NCBI GenBank assembly: GCA_035541595.1
Contig: DATKNA010000146.1
Coordinates: 1-55,688, forward strand
From: Kineosporiaceae bacterium
GTDB taxonomy: Bacteria > Actinomycetota > Actinomycetes > Actinomycetales > Kineosporiaceae
Length of the DNA: 55,688 bases
Direction of reading: 5' to 3'
Shown here: one piece after another, positions 55,683 to 55,688 of the stretch
Layout of the letters: every line of letters begins with the position of its first letter
Position numbering within the stretch: the stretch's first letter is position 1
Made by a program: the position numbers and the translations under genes
The notes under the pieces: model-generated
Told to the model about the DNA's origin: nothing
Databases searched by the model: none
What the model saw: the letters and a program-made list of their open reading frames with translations, nothing else

Positions 55683-55688
55683 CGTCTG

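Noticed and set aside
1-55688. tRNA, rRNA, tmRNA, IS elements, integrases, prophage genes, toxin-antitoxin pairs.
   Set aside because: I scanned intergenic regions by eye for T-loop (GGTTCGAATCC-like) motifs and ORFs for transposase/integrase signatures, and found none. A proper tRNAscan/Infernal/ISfinder run would be needed to confirm this.

Overview
High-G+C (about 70-75% by eye) actinobacterial chromosome segment, most likely core genome of a Micrococcales/Cellulomonas-like organism; this is inferred from gene content and synteny only. I call 49 protein-coding genes, tightly packed, many joined by ATGA/GTGA start-stop overlaps. I found no tRNA, rRNA, CRISPR array, transposase or integrase. 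Left to right: a DUF559 fragment, guaB3, a polar amino-acid ABC transporter, glpD, an IclR-headed catabolic-looking cluster (DUF59, amidohydrolase, aldehyde dehydrogenase, GMC oxidoreductase, SDR), SURF1/DUF3817, and guaA. Next is a divergent locus with three Nudix domains, an NDP-sugar-type nucleotidyltransferase, a cytoplasmic serpin and an orphan NPPW DNA methyltransferase. Then come a PspC/LiaF-PspC-kinase-LuxR envelope-stress module, a PIG-L deacetylase, pcrA/uvrD1, cupin/DUF4395, a lipase-like hydrolase, a stand-alone B12-binding domain, sucCD, perM, purNH and DUF3017. The window ends with a 12-kb TelA-to-FHA signalling supercluster followed by mdh and icd. Most long alternative-frame and antisense ORFs in the track are high-GC artefacts. 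The strongest lead is the 40.8-53.1 kb block. There the PknG/GlnH/GlnX nutrient-sensing operon is embedded with TelA, a CbbX-type AAA+ ATPase, an extra helical protein, a PP2C phosphatase, a vWA protein and a zinc-ribbon FHA protein (a TerY-P-triad-like arrangement). Six of these genes are chained by 4-bp overlaps. Secondary leads are the Nudix/methyltransferase/serpin locus, a RecA-NDp (PafBC-type) promoter in front of pcrA, a dispersed palindromic intergenic element, several VNTR-like tandem repeats, and a low-GC nested palindrome upstream of mdh. All functional calls rest on motif recognition by eye; no searches were run.
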